Of a stretch of DNA of 64,000 nt, positions 37,921 through 46,732 are shown piece after piece. Within the stretch, counting starts at the first letter, position 1, and every line of letters begins with the position of its first letter. Source of the stretch: Myxococcota bacterium (GTDB taxonomy: Bacteria > Myxococcota_A > UBA9160 > SZUA-336); contig CBDFGR010000002.1 of the NCBI GenBank assembly GCA_965247115.1, positions 2,144,001 through 2,208,000 of the forward strand. The letters are read 5' to 3'. The notes under the pieces are model-generated. The model was not told the origin of the DNA and ran no database searches. It saw nothing but the letters and a program-made list of their open reading frames with translations. The position numbers were made by a program, and so were the translations under genes.

Positions 37921-38737
37921 GGATGGTGGCTGTGGCGATGAGCATCACGAAGAGCGGCACATGGATGGCGTGCCAGAGGCGAAACAGGCGCTCCCAGGCC
38001 GTGAACCGGACGATGCCGCGAAGGCGTTCGATGTAGAGGCGGGTGGCTGCTCGCTCCTCGTAGAGGACGGGATCGAGGTAGCCCATGCAGCGCCGGCGCA
38101 GTCGCCCGACCCTGAGACCCGACGTCAGCAGGCGCCAGGTAGCGGTGAGCGCGCTGCTCGGTGGGGTGGTGTGGCGGCTCTCGAATGCGGCCAGGGGCTC
38201 CAGGACCTCCGGGAAGACCTCCAGCAGCGGACGCGCCTTGCCCTCGGCCTGAGTCAGCGCCGAGAGAAGCTCGTTGGCCTGCGCCCGTCGTCCATATAGG
38301 CCGTAGTGGACCTTCAAGTACATAAATCGGCCGACGAGACCGCTTCCGGCGACGAGCAGGGTCGAGAAGAGGGCTACGCTGCTATTGGTAGAGCCCAGCT
38401 GGAAGTTCGAGTGGAAGAGGACCAGGATCGGGCCGACCACCCCAAGGACCATGTGCCACCGAAACCAGTTTGGGAGCAAGCCCCAGGTCGCCATGGACGG
38501 CAGCCGCTTTCGGGCCGAGTACAGAAGGATGAGGAACATCGCGCCTGCACCCGCCACTCCGAGCTGGTATCCGAGACCTTCCTCGGGGGTGATGTAGCGT
38601 TCTTCTCGAATCGACCACCCGGCCGCCAGCAGTGCCACGCAGACGCAGGTGGTCATCAGCCACGGCCGTGACACCCCGCGCGTGGGAGCTTGCAGCGGAC
38701 CTCCGGTTCTTTGGCTAGCAGCTCGAGTTTCACTCAA
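37895..38737 (-). CDS. His-rich inner-membrane protein (cytochrome b / ferric-reductase-like TM domain); start uncertain
   Basis: Several hydrophobic helices with His: FRWHMVLG, LFHSNF, LWHAIHVP, IHVLAVH. Confidence 0.75.
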   Translation of the reverse strand: MSETRAASQRTGGPLQAPTRGVSRPWLMTTCVCVALLAAGWSIREERYITPEEGLGYQLGVAGAGAMFLILLYSARKRLPSMATWGLLPNWFRWHMVLGVVGPILVLFHSNFQLGSTNSSVALFSTLLVAGSGLVGRFMYLKVHYGLYGRRAQANELLSALTQAEGKARPLLEVFPEVLEPLAAFESRHTTPPSSALTATWRLLTSGLRVGRLRRRCMGYLDPVLYEERAATRLYIERLRGIVRFTAWERLFRLWHAIHVPLFVMLIATATIHVLAVHMY

Positions 38738-38974
38738 CAGCGGCGACCCACAGCTATCGCTGGCGGAGAGGCGTGAACGTCCCGCCCGTCGTGGCCAACG
38801 CACCCGCTCTGATACCTATCGACCTCCGAGGGGGAACGTGTGAGCCCCATGTGGGGACTCCTGGTAACTCGTCGACTCCCTTCGTGTTGCGGGGTATGCC
38901 AGACTGTCTCTTTCCGCTGGATCAAGCAGAGCCACTCGTTGGCCGCGCGTGCAGGCCCGAAAAGGAGAACGCGA

Positions 38975-39877
38975 ATGCGCATCGCACTGATGACCCTCGA
39001 CCCTACGGCCGGGCTGGACGAGATCGTCCGCCAGGCGAGGGCTTCGGAATCGGACGGGTTCCCCGTGCTTGCCATGCCGAACATCTTTGGCCACGACGCC
39101 ATCGGGGCACTTACCGTTGTGGGCCGGGAGACCGAGCGGATCGAGCTCATGACCGCCGTCGTCCCGATGCACCCGCGGCACCCTGTCGCCATCGCTCAGC
39201 AGGCGCTCACGGCTCAAGCCGCCGCCGGCGGGCGCTTCAGCCTGGGTATTGGCCTCTCACACAAGATTGTGATCGAGAACATGCTGGGGCTGTCGTACAC
39301 GCGGCACGCCGCATACACGCGCGAGTACCTCTCCGTGCTGAAGTCCCTGCTCGCCGGCGAGCAAGTCGCGTTCCGGGGCGAGTTCTTCCGCGTGAACGCC
39401 CAGGTCAGCGTTCCAGACGTCAGCGACGTGCCCATCCTGGTGGCGGCGCTCGGGCCGCGCATGCTCCAGGTGACGGGGGAGCTCGCAGACGGGACGATCA
39501 CGTGGATGACGGGAACGAAGACCCTCGAGGGCTTCACGGTTCTGGCAATCCGTGCGGCCGCTGAGGCGGCGGGTCGGCCCGAGCCGCGGGTCGTGGCGGG
39601 GTTCCCGATCGCGCTCACGAGTGACGCAGCCCGCGCCCGCGAGGAGGCCAGCAAGATCTTTCAGATGTACGGGACGCTTCCGTCCTATCGCGCGATGCTG
39701 GATCGCGAAGGCCTCAATAGCCCGGGCGACGTGGCCATCGTCGGCGACGAGTCCGCGCTGCGCGCCGAGCTGGGACGGCTCCGCGATGCGGGCGTGACGG
39801 ACTTCGGCGCGGCGCCGTATCCGGCGGACGAAGGCGCGCCCAAGCGCACCCTGGAGTTCCTCAAGAGCGAGCTCTAA
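38975..39877 (+). CDS. F420-dependent LLM-class oxidoreductase
   Basis: RHPVAIAQQALT, LGIGLSH, AALGPRML, ADGTITW, LPSYRAML; AAGGAG RBS. Confidence 0.88.
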   Translation: MRIALMTLDPTAGLDEIVRQARASESDGFPVLAMPNIFGHDAIGALTVVGRETERIELMTAVVPMHPRHPVAIAQQALTAQAAAGGRFSLGIGLSHKIVIENMLGLSYTRHAAYTREYLSVLKSLLAGEQVAFRGEFFRVNAQVSVPDVSDVPILVAALGPRMLQVTGELADGTITWMTGTKTLEGFTVLAIRAAAEAAGRPEPRVVAGFPIALTSDAARAREEASKIFQMYGTLPSYRAMLDREGLNSPGDVAIVGDESALRAELGRLRDAGVTDFGAAPYPADEGAPKRTLEFLKSEL

Positions 39878-39914
39878 CGTCGCTCCGAGAACCGCACTTC
39901 CTGCAGGCCTCGAC

Positions 39915-42575
39915 ATGACCCTTGTCGTTTCCTTCCCCGGGACCGCGCAGACGACTCTCGCGGAGGTCGGCGGGAAGGGGCTCTCCCTCATCAGGATGAC
40001 AGAGGCCGGGTTGCGCGTTCCACGGGGGGCCGTGCTTACCACAAGCTTCTTCGAGCCATGGTTCGAGGAGCTCCGCGCCTCTGCACAATGGACGGCGCTG
40101 GCGATCAGCAGCAGGGACGAGTGGGGAGCAGTCACAGAGGCGCTGAAAGAGCTCTGCTCCGCGCTCCCGCTGACGGAGCGACAGGGAGATGCCCTGGAGC
40201 AGCTCCGCAAGAGCCTCGCCGGAGCGGGCCAGGAGGCGCTCTTCGCAGTGCGCTCGTCTTCGCCAGAGGAAGACCTGGCGTCGGCGTCATTTGCGGGTGG
40301 CTACGAGACCCGGCTGGGGGTGGGTTCGCAGGGGCTGGAAGCCGCAGTGCGACACTGCTTTGCCTCCAGCCTGGACGAGCGTGTACTCGTCTACAAGCAG
40401 GAGCACGGCTTCGACGTGCTCTCTCCCCGGATCGCCGTTGTCGTGCAGCAGCAGCTCGACAGCGAGGTAGCTGGAGTGGGCTTCTCGCTCAACCCGCTCA
40501 CGAACGACTACGACGAGGCCGTCATCGACGCGAACTGGGGTCTGGGGGAGTCGGTCGTTGCGGGTCGAGCGTCGCCCGACCACTTCGTGGTCGACAAGGT
40601 CGACCGGCGCGTCCTGGAGAGGACGCTGGGAGCGAAGCAGGTGTCCATCTGGCTCGATCCGAACGGTGGAACGCTCGAACGGCAGAGCCACCGCTCGGCG
40701 GAGAGCACTCTGCGCGACGCGCAGGTCAGCGAGCTGACCAACGTGCTGTGCCGGATCGAGGAGCTCTACGAGCGGCCGATGGACATCGAGTGGGCCTACG
40801 CCGGCGACGAGCTCTACGTGCTCCAGGCGCGCCCGATCACGGCCTGGGTTCCGCTCCCACCCGAGATGCTGACGAAGCCGGGCGAACGACGGCGGCTGTA
40901 CATGGACGCAGCCCTCTCGGACGGGTTGACGATCAACGGAGCCATCTCGCCGATGGGGCTCGACTGGGTGGAAGACGTGCTGCGCGGCCTGTTCGGGCCG
41001 CTGGTCGGCTCGCCGTTTCTGAGCGGCACCCCTCAGTCCGGCCTCTCTTTTACCGCCGGGTGCCGGGCGTACACGAACCTGTCCGAGCTGTTGTGGCTCG
41101 CGAGCCCGAAGGCGCTGGCCGCGAACGGCGCCTCCTACGTCAACGCGCTCCTGGCCGAGACGCTGGCCAGCGTCGACCGGAAGCGCTACCGCACGGCAGC
41201 GAAACCGGCGTACCTGCGCTTCTGGACGGTGAGATGGATTCCCCTGGCCCTATGGGGCTTGCGGCGCTTCCTCTGGAACTCGCTTCGGGGGATCGTGTCT
41301 CCCGAGCGGGTGTACCGGGCTTACGCGCCCATTGTCAGGGCCTACGAAACAGAGATGACCCGGAACGTCGACTACGGGCTTCCTCTGGCCGAGTTCCGAC
41401 GCCGGTATCCCGAGGAGTGGGGGCCACTATTCTTCGACGTGACGCTGCCCGCGCTCGCGGCCTTTGTGGTGGGCGGACTCATGACCGTCGATCGCACGTT
41501 CCGCAGGGAGTCGGCGGAGGGGCTGGCCCTCGCCGACAACCTCAAGCGGGGCTTCCCCGGCAACGTGGTCGTCGAGATGGGCATCGCCCTGTTCCGCCTG
41601 GCGAAGCTCCTCGACCGCTCCGAGCTGGCCGACCAGGCGGAGCTGGCTGAGCGGATCCGGAACCGCGAGATGGCCCCGGAGTTTCTGGAGGCATGGGACG
41701 GCTTTCTCGAGAAGTTTGGCTGTCGCGGTCCCCTGGAGATGGATCTGGCCAGCCCGCGCTACGCCGACGACCCTTCGCTCGCTGTGCGACAGATGTCCTG
41801 CATGAGCGTCGACGAGGGGAGCTTCGATCCCGAGGCGGCCCATCTGCTCCAGATCGATGAACGGCGACGAGCGTACGAAGAGCTGATGCGCAGCGCGGGC
41901 TGGTTGCGGCGGCGGAGACTGAGGCGCGCCTACCGAATCATGGATCTCCTGGCCGGAACCCGCGACGATCCCAAGTACCACCTGATCCTGATGAGCTACG
42001 CGGTCCGCAAGCGCGTCCTGATCGAGGGCCGACGTCTGGTCGACGCCGGTCGCCTGGACGCGCCCGATCACGTCTTCGACCTGGTGTTCGACGACCTCGA
42101 GATGGCCGAGCGGGATCCTTCGCTGGATCTGCGCCAGCGTCGCAAAGAGCGGAAGCTGTTCCCCGACCTGCTCAAGGCCCATGTGCGGGAGTTCCCTCAG
42201 CTGATCGACTCGCGCGGCCAGATCTTGCGTCCGCCGCCCCGACTGGAGAAGCCCGGCGAGCTGAGTGGGGTGTCTGTCTCGCCTGGTGTGGTGACGGGTC
42301 CCGTCAAAGTGCTGCACGACCCGCACCAGAAGCCGATCGAGAAGGGCGACATCCTGGTCGCCTACACGACCGACCCGGGCTGGACGCCCCTGTTCGTGAA
42401 CGCCGCCGCGGTCCTGCTGGAGGTGGGGGGTATCCTCCAGCACGGTGCGGTGATTGCGCGGGAATATGGCAAGCCGTGCGTCGCAGGCGTCGATCGCTTG
42501 ATGACAAAGCTGCACGACGGCCAGCGGGTCGAGGTCGACGGCACGGCTGGGGTGATCCGTCTTCTGGACGACTAG
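39915..42575 (+). CDS. PEP-utilising small-molecule phosphotransferase (rifampin phosphotransferase-like architecture)
   Basis: VGGKG, AVRSS..ED...ASFAG, DIEW, LQARPIT; middle domain; C-terminal swivel TDPGW..HGAVIAREYG. Confidence 0.88.
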   Translation: MTLVVSFPGTAQTTLAEVGGKGLSLIRMTEAGLRVPRGAVLTTSFFEPWFEELRASAQWTALAISSRDEWGAVTEALKELCSALPLTERQGDALEQLRKSLAGAGQEALFAVRSSSPEEDLASASFAGGYETRLGVGSQGLEAAVRHCFASSLDERVLVYKQEHGFDVLSPRIAVVVQQQLDSEVAGVGFSLNPLTNDYDEAVIDANWGLGESVVAGRASPDHFVVDKVDRRVLERTLGAKQVSIWLDPNGGTLERQSHRSAESTLRDAQVSELTNVLCRIEELYERPMDIEWAYAGDELYVLQARPITAWVPLPPEMLTKPGERRRLYMDAALSDGLTINGAISPMGLDWVEDVLRGLFGPLVGSPFLSGTPQSGLSFTAGCRAYTNLSELLWLASPKALAANGASYVNALLAETLASVDRKRYRTAAKPAYLRFWTVRWIPLALWGLRRFLWNSLRGIVSPERVYRAYAPIVRAYETEMTRNVDYGLPLAEFRRRYPEEWGPLFFDVTLPALAAFVVGGLMTVDRTFRRESAEGLALADNLKRGFPGNVVVEMGIALFRLAKLLDRSELADQAELAERIRNREMAPEFLEAWDGFLEKFGCRGPLEMDLASPRYADDPSLAVRQMSCMSVDEGSFDPEAAHLLQIDERRRAYEELMRSAGWLRRRRLRRAYRIMDLLAGTRDDPKYHLILMSYAVRKRVLIEGRRLVDAGRLDAPDHVFDLVFDDLEMAERDPSLDLRQRRKERKLFPDLLKAHVREFPQLIDSRGQILRPPPRLEKPGELSGVSVSPGVVTGPVKVLHDPHQKPIEKGDILVAYTTDPGWTPLFVNAAAVLLEVGGILQHGAVIAREYGKPCVAGVDRLMTKLHDGQRVEVDGTAGVIRLLDD

Positions 42576-42576
42576 C

Positions 42577-43104
42577 TCAGCTTCCAGCAAGCACCTTGAC
42601 GCTGCCGAAGATCGCGCGACCGTCGATACGGAAGTAGGGTGGCTCCGGGGGAGGGGAGGGAGCTGGGAGATCCTGATCGCGCTCCCCCGTGACCCACTTG
42701 CGGATCCGTTCCCCCACCCCTTTTTTGCTCACGTGCTGCTCGATGCTTCCGCAGAACGGCGTACCCTCGAGCTCGATCTCCGCGCCATCGGGCACGATGA
42801 TCTTGACCTCGCCGAAGATCGCCTGGGCGTCGATTTCGATCATTCCGCTCGGCGGCAGCTCGGCGAGCGTGAAGTCCAGCGTGACCTCCCCGCAGATGGC
42901 ACGCACCTGGATCTCGTCGGCCGGCTCCCAGCGCCCGGCGCGCTGGTTGGAGCTGCAGATGGCCCGAAACGATTCCTGCGTGAGCGGATGGTCATCCGTG
43001 GCCTGGAGCGCGGGGCTGGCCTCGGGCGAAGCTGCCAACGGGGAGGCGGGCACAGCCGCGAGCTGCGGTTTGCTCTGCGAGGGGTCGTCGTTGCCATCCT
43101 GCAT
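42577..43104 (-). CDS. LiaF/DUF2154-like C-terminal domain protein
   Basis: G.V.LDF..A repeats, AIFGEVKIIVP, AIFGSVKV. Confidence 0.6.
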   Translation of the reverse strand: MQDGNDDPSQSKPQLAAVPASPLAASPEASPALQATDDHPLTQESFRAICSSNQRAGRWEPADEIQVRAICGEVTLDFTLAELPPSGMIEIDAQAIFGEVKIIVPDGAEIELEGTPFCGSIEQHVSKKGVGERIRKWVTGERDQDLPAPSPPPEPPYFRIDGRAIFGSVKVLAGS

Positions 43105-43290
43105 CGCTCCATGATGGCAGAGAAGCCCCGCCGAATCACCCGCCACGCCCGACAGGCACAATTCCGAGTCGACCTCCGGCGATTGTCAACTGCGCGAGCA
43201 AGAGCCGGCTGGTCCAGCGTTTCCAAGCGCGAGACGGCAAAACCGCTAGTGAACCAATTGCGACGCTGTGGAATCTGATATGTTGGCGCC

Positions 43291-44343
43291 GTGAATCTGG
43301 CCGATCAGTGTATCCGAGGCGCCCCCCTGGAGGCCTCAACGCTCGCGGGGCTGCTGGATGGGAAGGCTCCCCTGCTCCCGCTCCTTCACGAGGCTTTTGT
43401 AGCGCGGGAGTACTTCTGGGGGCGAACCGTACAGGTTCACGTGCTGAACAATGCGCAGAACGCTCGCTGTCCGGAGGACTGCGGCTACTGCTCACAATCG
43501 AACGTCAGCCTCGCACCGCTCAAGCCCTATCCTTGGAAGTCCAAGGACCAGCTACTCGCCGAGGCGCGCAACGCCTACCAGGTCGGTGCCTACCGCTACT
43601 GCATCGTGGCGAGTGGTCGCGGCCCTACGAAGAAACAGATCGAGCGGCTCGCCGAGGCAGTGTGGGAAATCAAGCGCGAGGTCCCGGTCCAGATCTGTGT
43701 ATCACTGGGTCTGCTTGATGCCGCGACGGCACAGACGCTCAAGGACGCGGGCGTCGACCGGCTCAACCACAACCTAAACACCAGCGAGTCGCGCTACGGG
43801 GAGATCTGTACGACGCACACCTACGCCGATCGCATCGCAACCATCGAGGCGGCCCGCAGCGTCGGTCTCGAGAACTGCTGCGGGATGATCGTGGGTATGG
43901 GCGAGAACGATGACGAGATCGTCGAGGTTGCTCTCCGACTCCGCGAGCTCGAGGTCGCCTCGATCCCGATCAACTACCTGATCCCGATCGAGGGCAATCC
44001 GATCCAGACGGACCACAGCATCACTCCGGACCGCGCTCTTCGAATCCTGGCGATGTTCCGGCTCGCCAACCCGAGCGCCGAGATCCGGATCGCCGCCGGA
44101 CGCGAGGGCCACCTGGGAGCGATGGAGCCACTCGCGCTTTACCCGGCCAACTCGCTCTTCGTCGAGGGCTATCTGACGACGCGGGGACGTCCGGCGAGAG
44201 ACACCTACAGGATGATCCGCGACGCCGGATTCACGGTCTCGCGCGCGGACGGCTCGCAGGTCTCCTGGGAGGAGCTCGGTGTGGACCGGGCCTTTCGCGT
44301 CGGGAGCTCGGACGACATCCTCAAGCCGGAGGTTGTCCGCTAG
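43291..44343 (+). CDS. bioB: Biotin synthase
   Basis: Radical SAM CPEDCGYC-SQS, NHNLNTS, SIPINYL, IRIAAGRE, ANSLF..GYLTT. Confidence 0.93.
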   Translation: MNLADQCIRGAPLEASTLAGLLDGKAPLLPLLHEAFVAREYFWGRTVQVHVLNNAQNARCPEDCGYCSQSNVSLAPLKPYPWKSKDQLLAEARNAYQVGAYRYCIVASGRGPTKKQIERLAEAVWEIKREVPVQICVSLGLLDAATAQTLKDAGVDRLNHNLNTSESRYGEICTTHTYADRIATIEAARSVGLENCCGMIVGMGENDDEIVEVALRLRELEVASIPINYLIPIEGNPIQTDHSITPDRALRILAMFRLANPSAEIRIAAGREGHLGAMEPLALYPANSLFVEGYLTTRGRPARDTYRMIRDAGFTVSRADGSQVSWEELGVDRAFRVGSSDDILKPEVVR

Positions 44344-45515
44344 ATGGACAAGTCCTTCAGGTTGTAGTTGCGGATCACGCGCTCGAAGTTCGCTTCTGTG
44401 AAACGAAACTGGTCTTCCAGGCCCGCGAACGGCCGGTAGCGAAAACGGCGCTCTTGGGGGTAGTGCCCAGCGCGCGCGTCGATCGCCACCGCGATCACGC
44501 TCGCCCGCTCGAAGATCCGGTCCGCGTCGTAAACCACTGCGGACTTCTGGCCGAACGCGCCCCTGGCGCCCAGCACCGACGCGCGGCGATGGAAGCCAAA
44601 GGTGAGCGACACGCGGAGATCCGGCGAGGTGTTGGCGAAGGAGGCGTGCAGCAATTGCCGGTTGGCGATCGTCACATCGCCGGGCTTGCACACAAGGGGC
44701 ACCGCACCGGGAAGCAGCTCGGACCCGGCGTTCTCGGCAACGAGCGCGCGGATGTCGATCCGACCCTGCTTGTGCGCACCCGGCACCACCCACAGACAGT
44801 TGCGCGGCGTGCAGTCGTACAGCTGGACCTGGAAGTTGAAGCCGTGGATCCCCTCGTCCCAGTTGGGTGAGTCCCAGTGCGTCACGCCGTCTTGATGCCA
44901 TGCGACCGAGCCGCCCAGACCCGGGAGCTTGACGAATGTCGCATCGTTGTACGGCACGAAGTCCTCGCCGTTGATGGCCTCGGCGATCGCCAGGAGGTCG
45001 GGATGTTCGTACAGACGCAGACCGGACTCCATCGTCTGGCACATCCCCAAAAGCAGGTGCACCACCTCAGCAGGCGCGTCCCCGGCGGGGACCGGCTGGG
45101 TCATCCGGGTCGGATGCCGACCGTTCAGGAGCTCGGTGCCACCCCAGGGGTCCGACAGAGGCTTGACGAAGAGATACGGGTTCACCGCAAACTCGCGCCC
45201 GAACGCTGGCCGCCCGTGCGCGTCGACCTCCGCGTGCTCCCCCGTGGGCGCGCGGTCGAGCAGGGAGGCGACGTCGGCGCGGAGCTCCCGGATCTCGGCT
45301 GGATCGATCACTCCCTCGAACACGTAGCAGCCATGTCTCCAGTACGCCTCCAGGATGTCCGGATGCAGCGCGCCGCTCGCGTCGAAGCGGATGGGGCCGC
45401 GGTTGTCCAGTTGCGCAGCACGCCACGCACCCTCGTCCGCGTAATCAGTCAGGTCCGCCGCGTGCTGGGCGGCGGTCGGGTCCCTCTTCTCCGCGGTTTC
45501 TGCGCTTGAACTCAC
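44340..45515 (-). CDS. Phytanoyl-CoA dioxygenase (PhyH) family Fe/2OG dioxygenase
   Basis: VAWHQDG, NCLWVVPGAH, LLHASFAN.S...R; GGAGG RBS before the GTG at 45515. Confidence 0.88.
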   Translation of the reverse strand: MSSSAETAEKRDPTAAQHAADLTDYADEGAWRAAQLDNRGPIRFDASGALHPDILEAYWRHGCYVFEGVIDPAEIRELRADVASLLDRAPTGEHAEVDAHGRPAFGREFAVNPYLFVKPLSDPWGGTELLNGRHPTRMTQPVPAGDAPAEVVHLLLGMCQTMESGLRLYEHPDLLAIAEAINGEDFVPYNDATFVKLPGLGGSVAWHQDGVTHWDSPNWDEGIHGFNFQVQLYDCTPRNCLWVVPGAHKQGRIDIRALVAENAGSELLPGAVPLVCKPGDVTIANRQLLHASFANTSPDLRVSLTFGFHRRASVLGARGAFGQKSAVVYDADRIFERASVIAVAIDARAGHYPQERRFRYRPFAGLEDQFRFTEANFERVIRNYNLKDLSI

Positions 45516-45623
45516 AGGCCTGCCCTCCACTTGGACCTGACCCCGGATCCTATGGAGAGGGCTGCGGACATGCAAGGGGCTCTCCAGCGTATACAATGGG
45601 TCTCCATCACCGCGGAGGAACGC

Positions 45624-46649
45624 ATGAACCTCGGCCTCCTGTTTCCGTTCCGAAACCCGCCCCAGTGGCGTGTCGACTGGCCCGAGTTCTACGCCGAGCA
45701 GCTGCGCCAGATTCAGGTCGCGGAAGATCTCGGCTACGACACGGCGTGGCTCACCGAGCACCACTTTGCCGAAGACGGGTACGCGCCGTCGCTGCTGCCC
45801 ATCGCGGCGAACATCGCCGCGCGGACCCGCCAGATCCGCATCGGCACCTTTTTGATCCTGCTGCCGCTGCACAACGCTCTGCGCGTGGCGGAGGACGCCG
45901 CGACCGTGGACATCCTCTCCAACGGCCGCCTCGACCTGGGATTTGGTCAGGGCTACGCGCCGAACGAGTTCGAGGGCTTCGGGATCTCCCGGCGCGAGCG
46001 TAGCTCGCGCCTTCGCGAGGGCGTCGAGGTCGTCCGTGGGGCATGGACCCAGAAGCCGTTCTCCTACTCGGGGAAGCACTACCAGATCAAGGATGTGGAA
46101 CTCTCGCCACCCCCCGTGCAGAGTCCGCACCCCCCGATCTGGGTCGGAGCTCGCGCGCCGACCGGCGTGAAGCGCGCGGCGCGCCTCGGCTGTCACTTTC
46201 TCGGAACGTGGGGGCCCGCCTTGCAGGAGCTCTACGACCAAACCCTGGTAGAAGAGGGCCGCGACCCCTCGAACTTCGGGGCGACGCAGCTGCACTTTAC
46301 CTACGTGGCTCCGACGCGAGAGCAGGCGTTCGACGACTGCCAGGAACACCTGCACTACCTGCTGACGTGGTACGGAAAGTGGGCGACTGCCGCCGCGGAC
46401 ATCAAGGGCGACCCGCTCGCGGCACCGGTGCCGCCAGCCTCGGAGCTGCGAAACCTGGACCCGACCCGGGCAAACGTCCCGGTGGTTGGGACGCCAGACG
46501 ACGTAGCCAGGCTGCTCCTCGAGCACACATCGGCCTCGCGCACGACGCATATCGTGCTCTGCATGCACATGCCTGGCCTCGCCCCAGAGAAGACGCAGCG
46601 CTCGATGGAGCTGTTCGCGAAAGAGGTCGCGTCCTCCCTTCGCTGCTAG
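45624..46649 (+). CDS. LLM-class flavin-dependent oxidoreductase
   Basis: WLTEHHF..DGY, RVAEDAATVDILSNGRL, PPIWVG; GGAGG RBS. Confidence 0.93.
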   Translation: MNLGLLFPFRNPPQWRVDWPEFYAEQLRQIQVAEDLGYDTAWLTEHHFAEDGYAPSLLPIAANIAARTRQIRIGTFLILLPLHNALRVAEDAATVDILSNGRLDLGFGQGYAPNEFEGFGISRRERSSRLREGVEVVRGAWTQKPFSYSGKHYQIKDVELSPPPVQSPHPPIWVGARAPTGVKRAARLGCHFLGTWGPALQELYDQTLVEEGRDPSNFGATQLHFTYVAPTREQAFDDCQEHLHYLLTWYGKWATAAADIKGDPLAAPVPPASELRNLDPTRANVPVVGTPDDVARLLLEHTSASRTTHIVLCMHMPGLAPEKTQRSMELFAKEVASSLRC

Positions 46650-46652
46650 CAG

Positions 46653-46730
46653 CTGAACATCCAGCGCAACATCATCGGCGAGCGGGGGCTGGGAGTCCCG
46701 CGGGACCGGGCCGCCCAGAGGAGTAGGTAG
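46653..46730 (+). pseudogene. 25-aa C-terminal remnant of an acyl-CoA dehydrogenase
   Basis: LNIQRNIIGERGLGVPRD...*, a typical ACAD C-terminus, 3 nt after the LLM stop. Confidence 0.75.
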
Positions 46731-46732
46731 CC

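Noticed and set aside
39915..42575. Calling it ppsA or rph
   Set aside because: Domain order excludes PpsA; rifamycin specificity cannot be established from motifs alone
43160..43290. BirA operator upstream of bioB
   Set aside because: Only a TTGTCAAC half-site; no matching inverted half at the expected spacing
44340..46568. Apparent 742-aa PhyH fusion (and the 771-aa ORF 18986-21301)
   Set aside because: N-terminal extensions are antisense to the LLM and ACAD genes; family similarity begins at the starts 45515 (with RBS) and 20105
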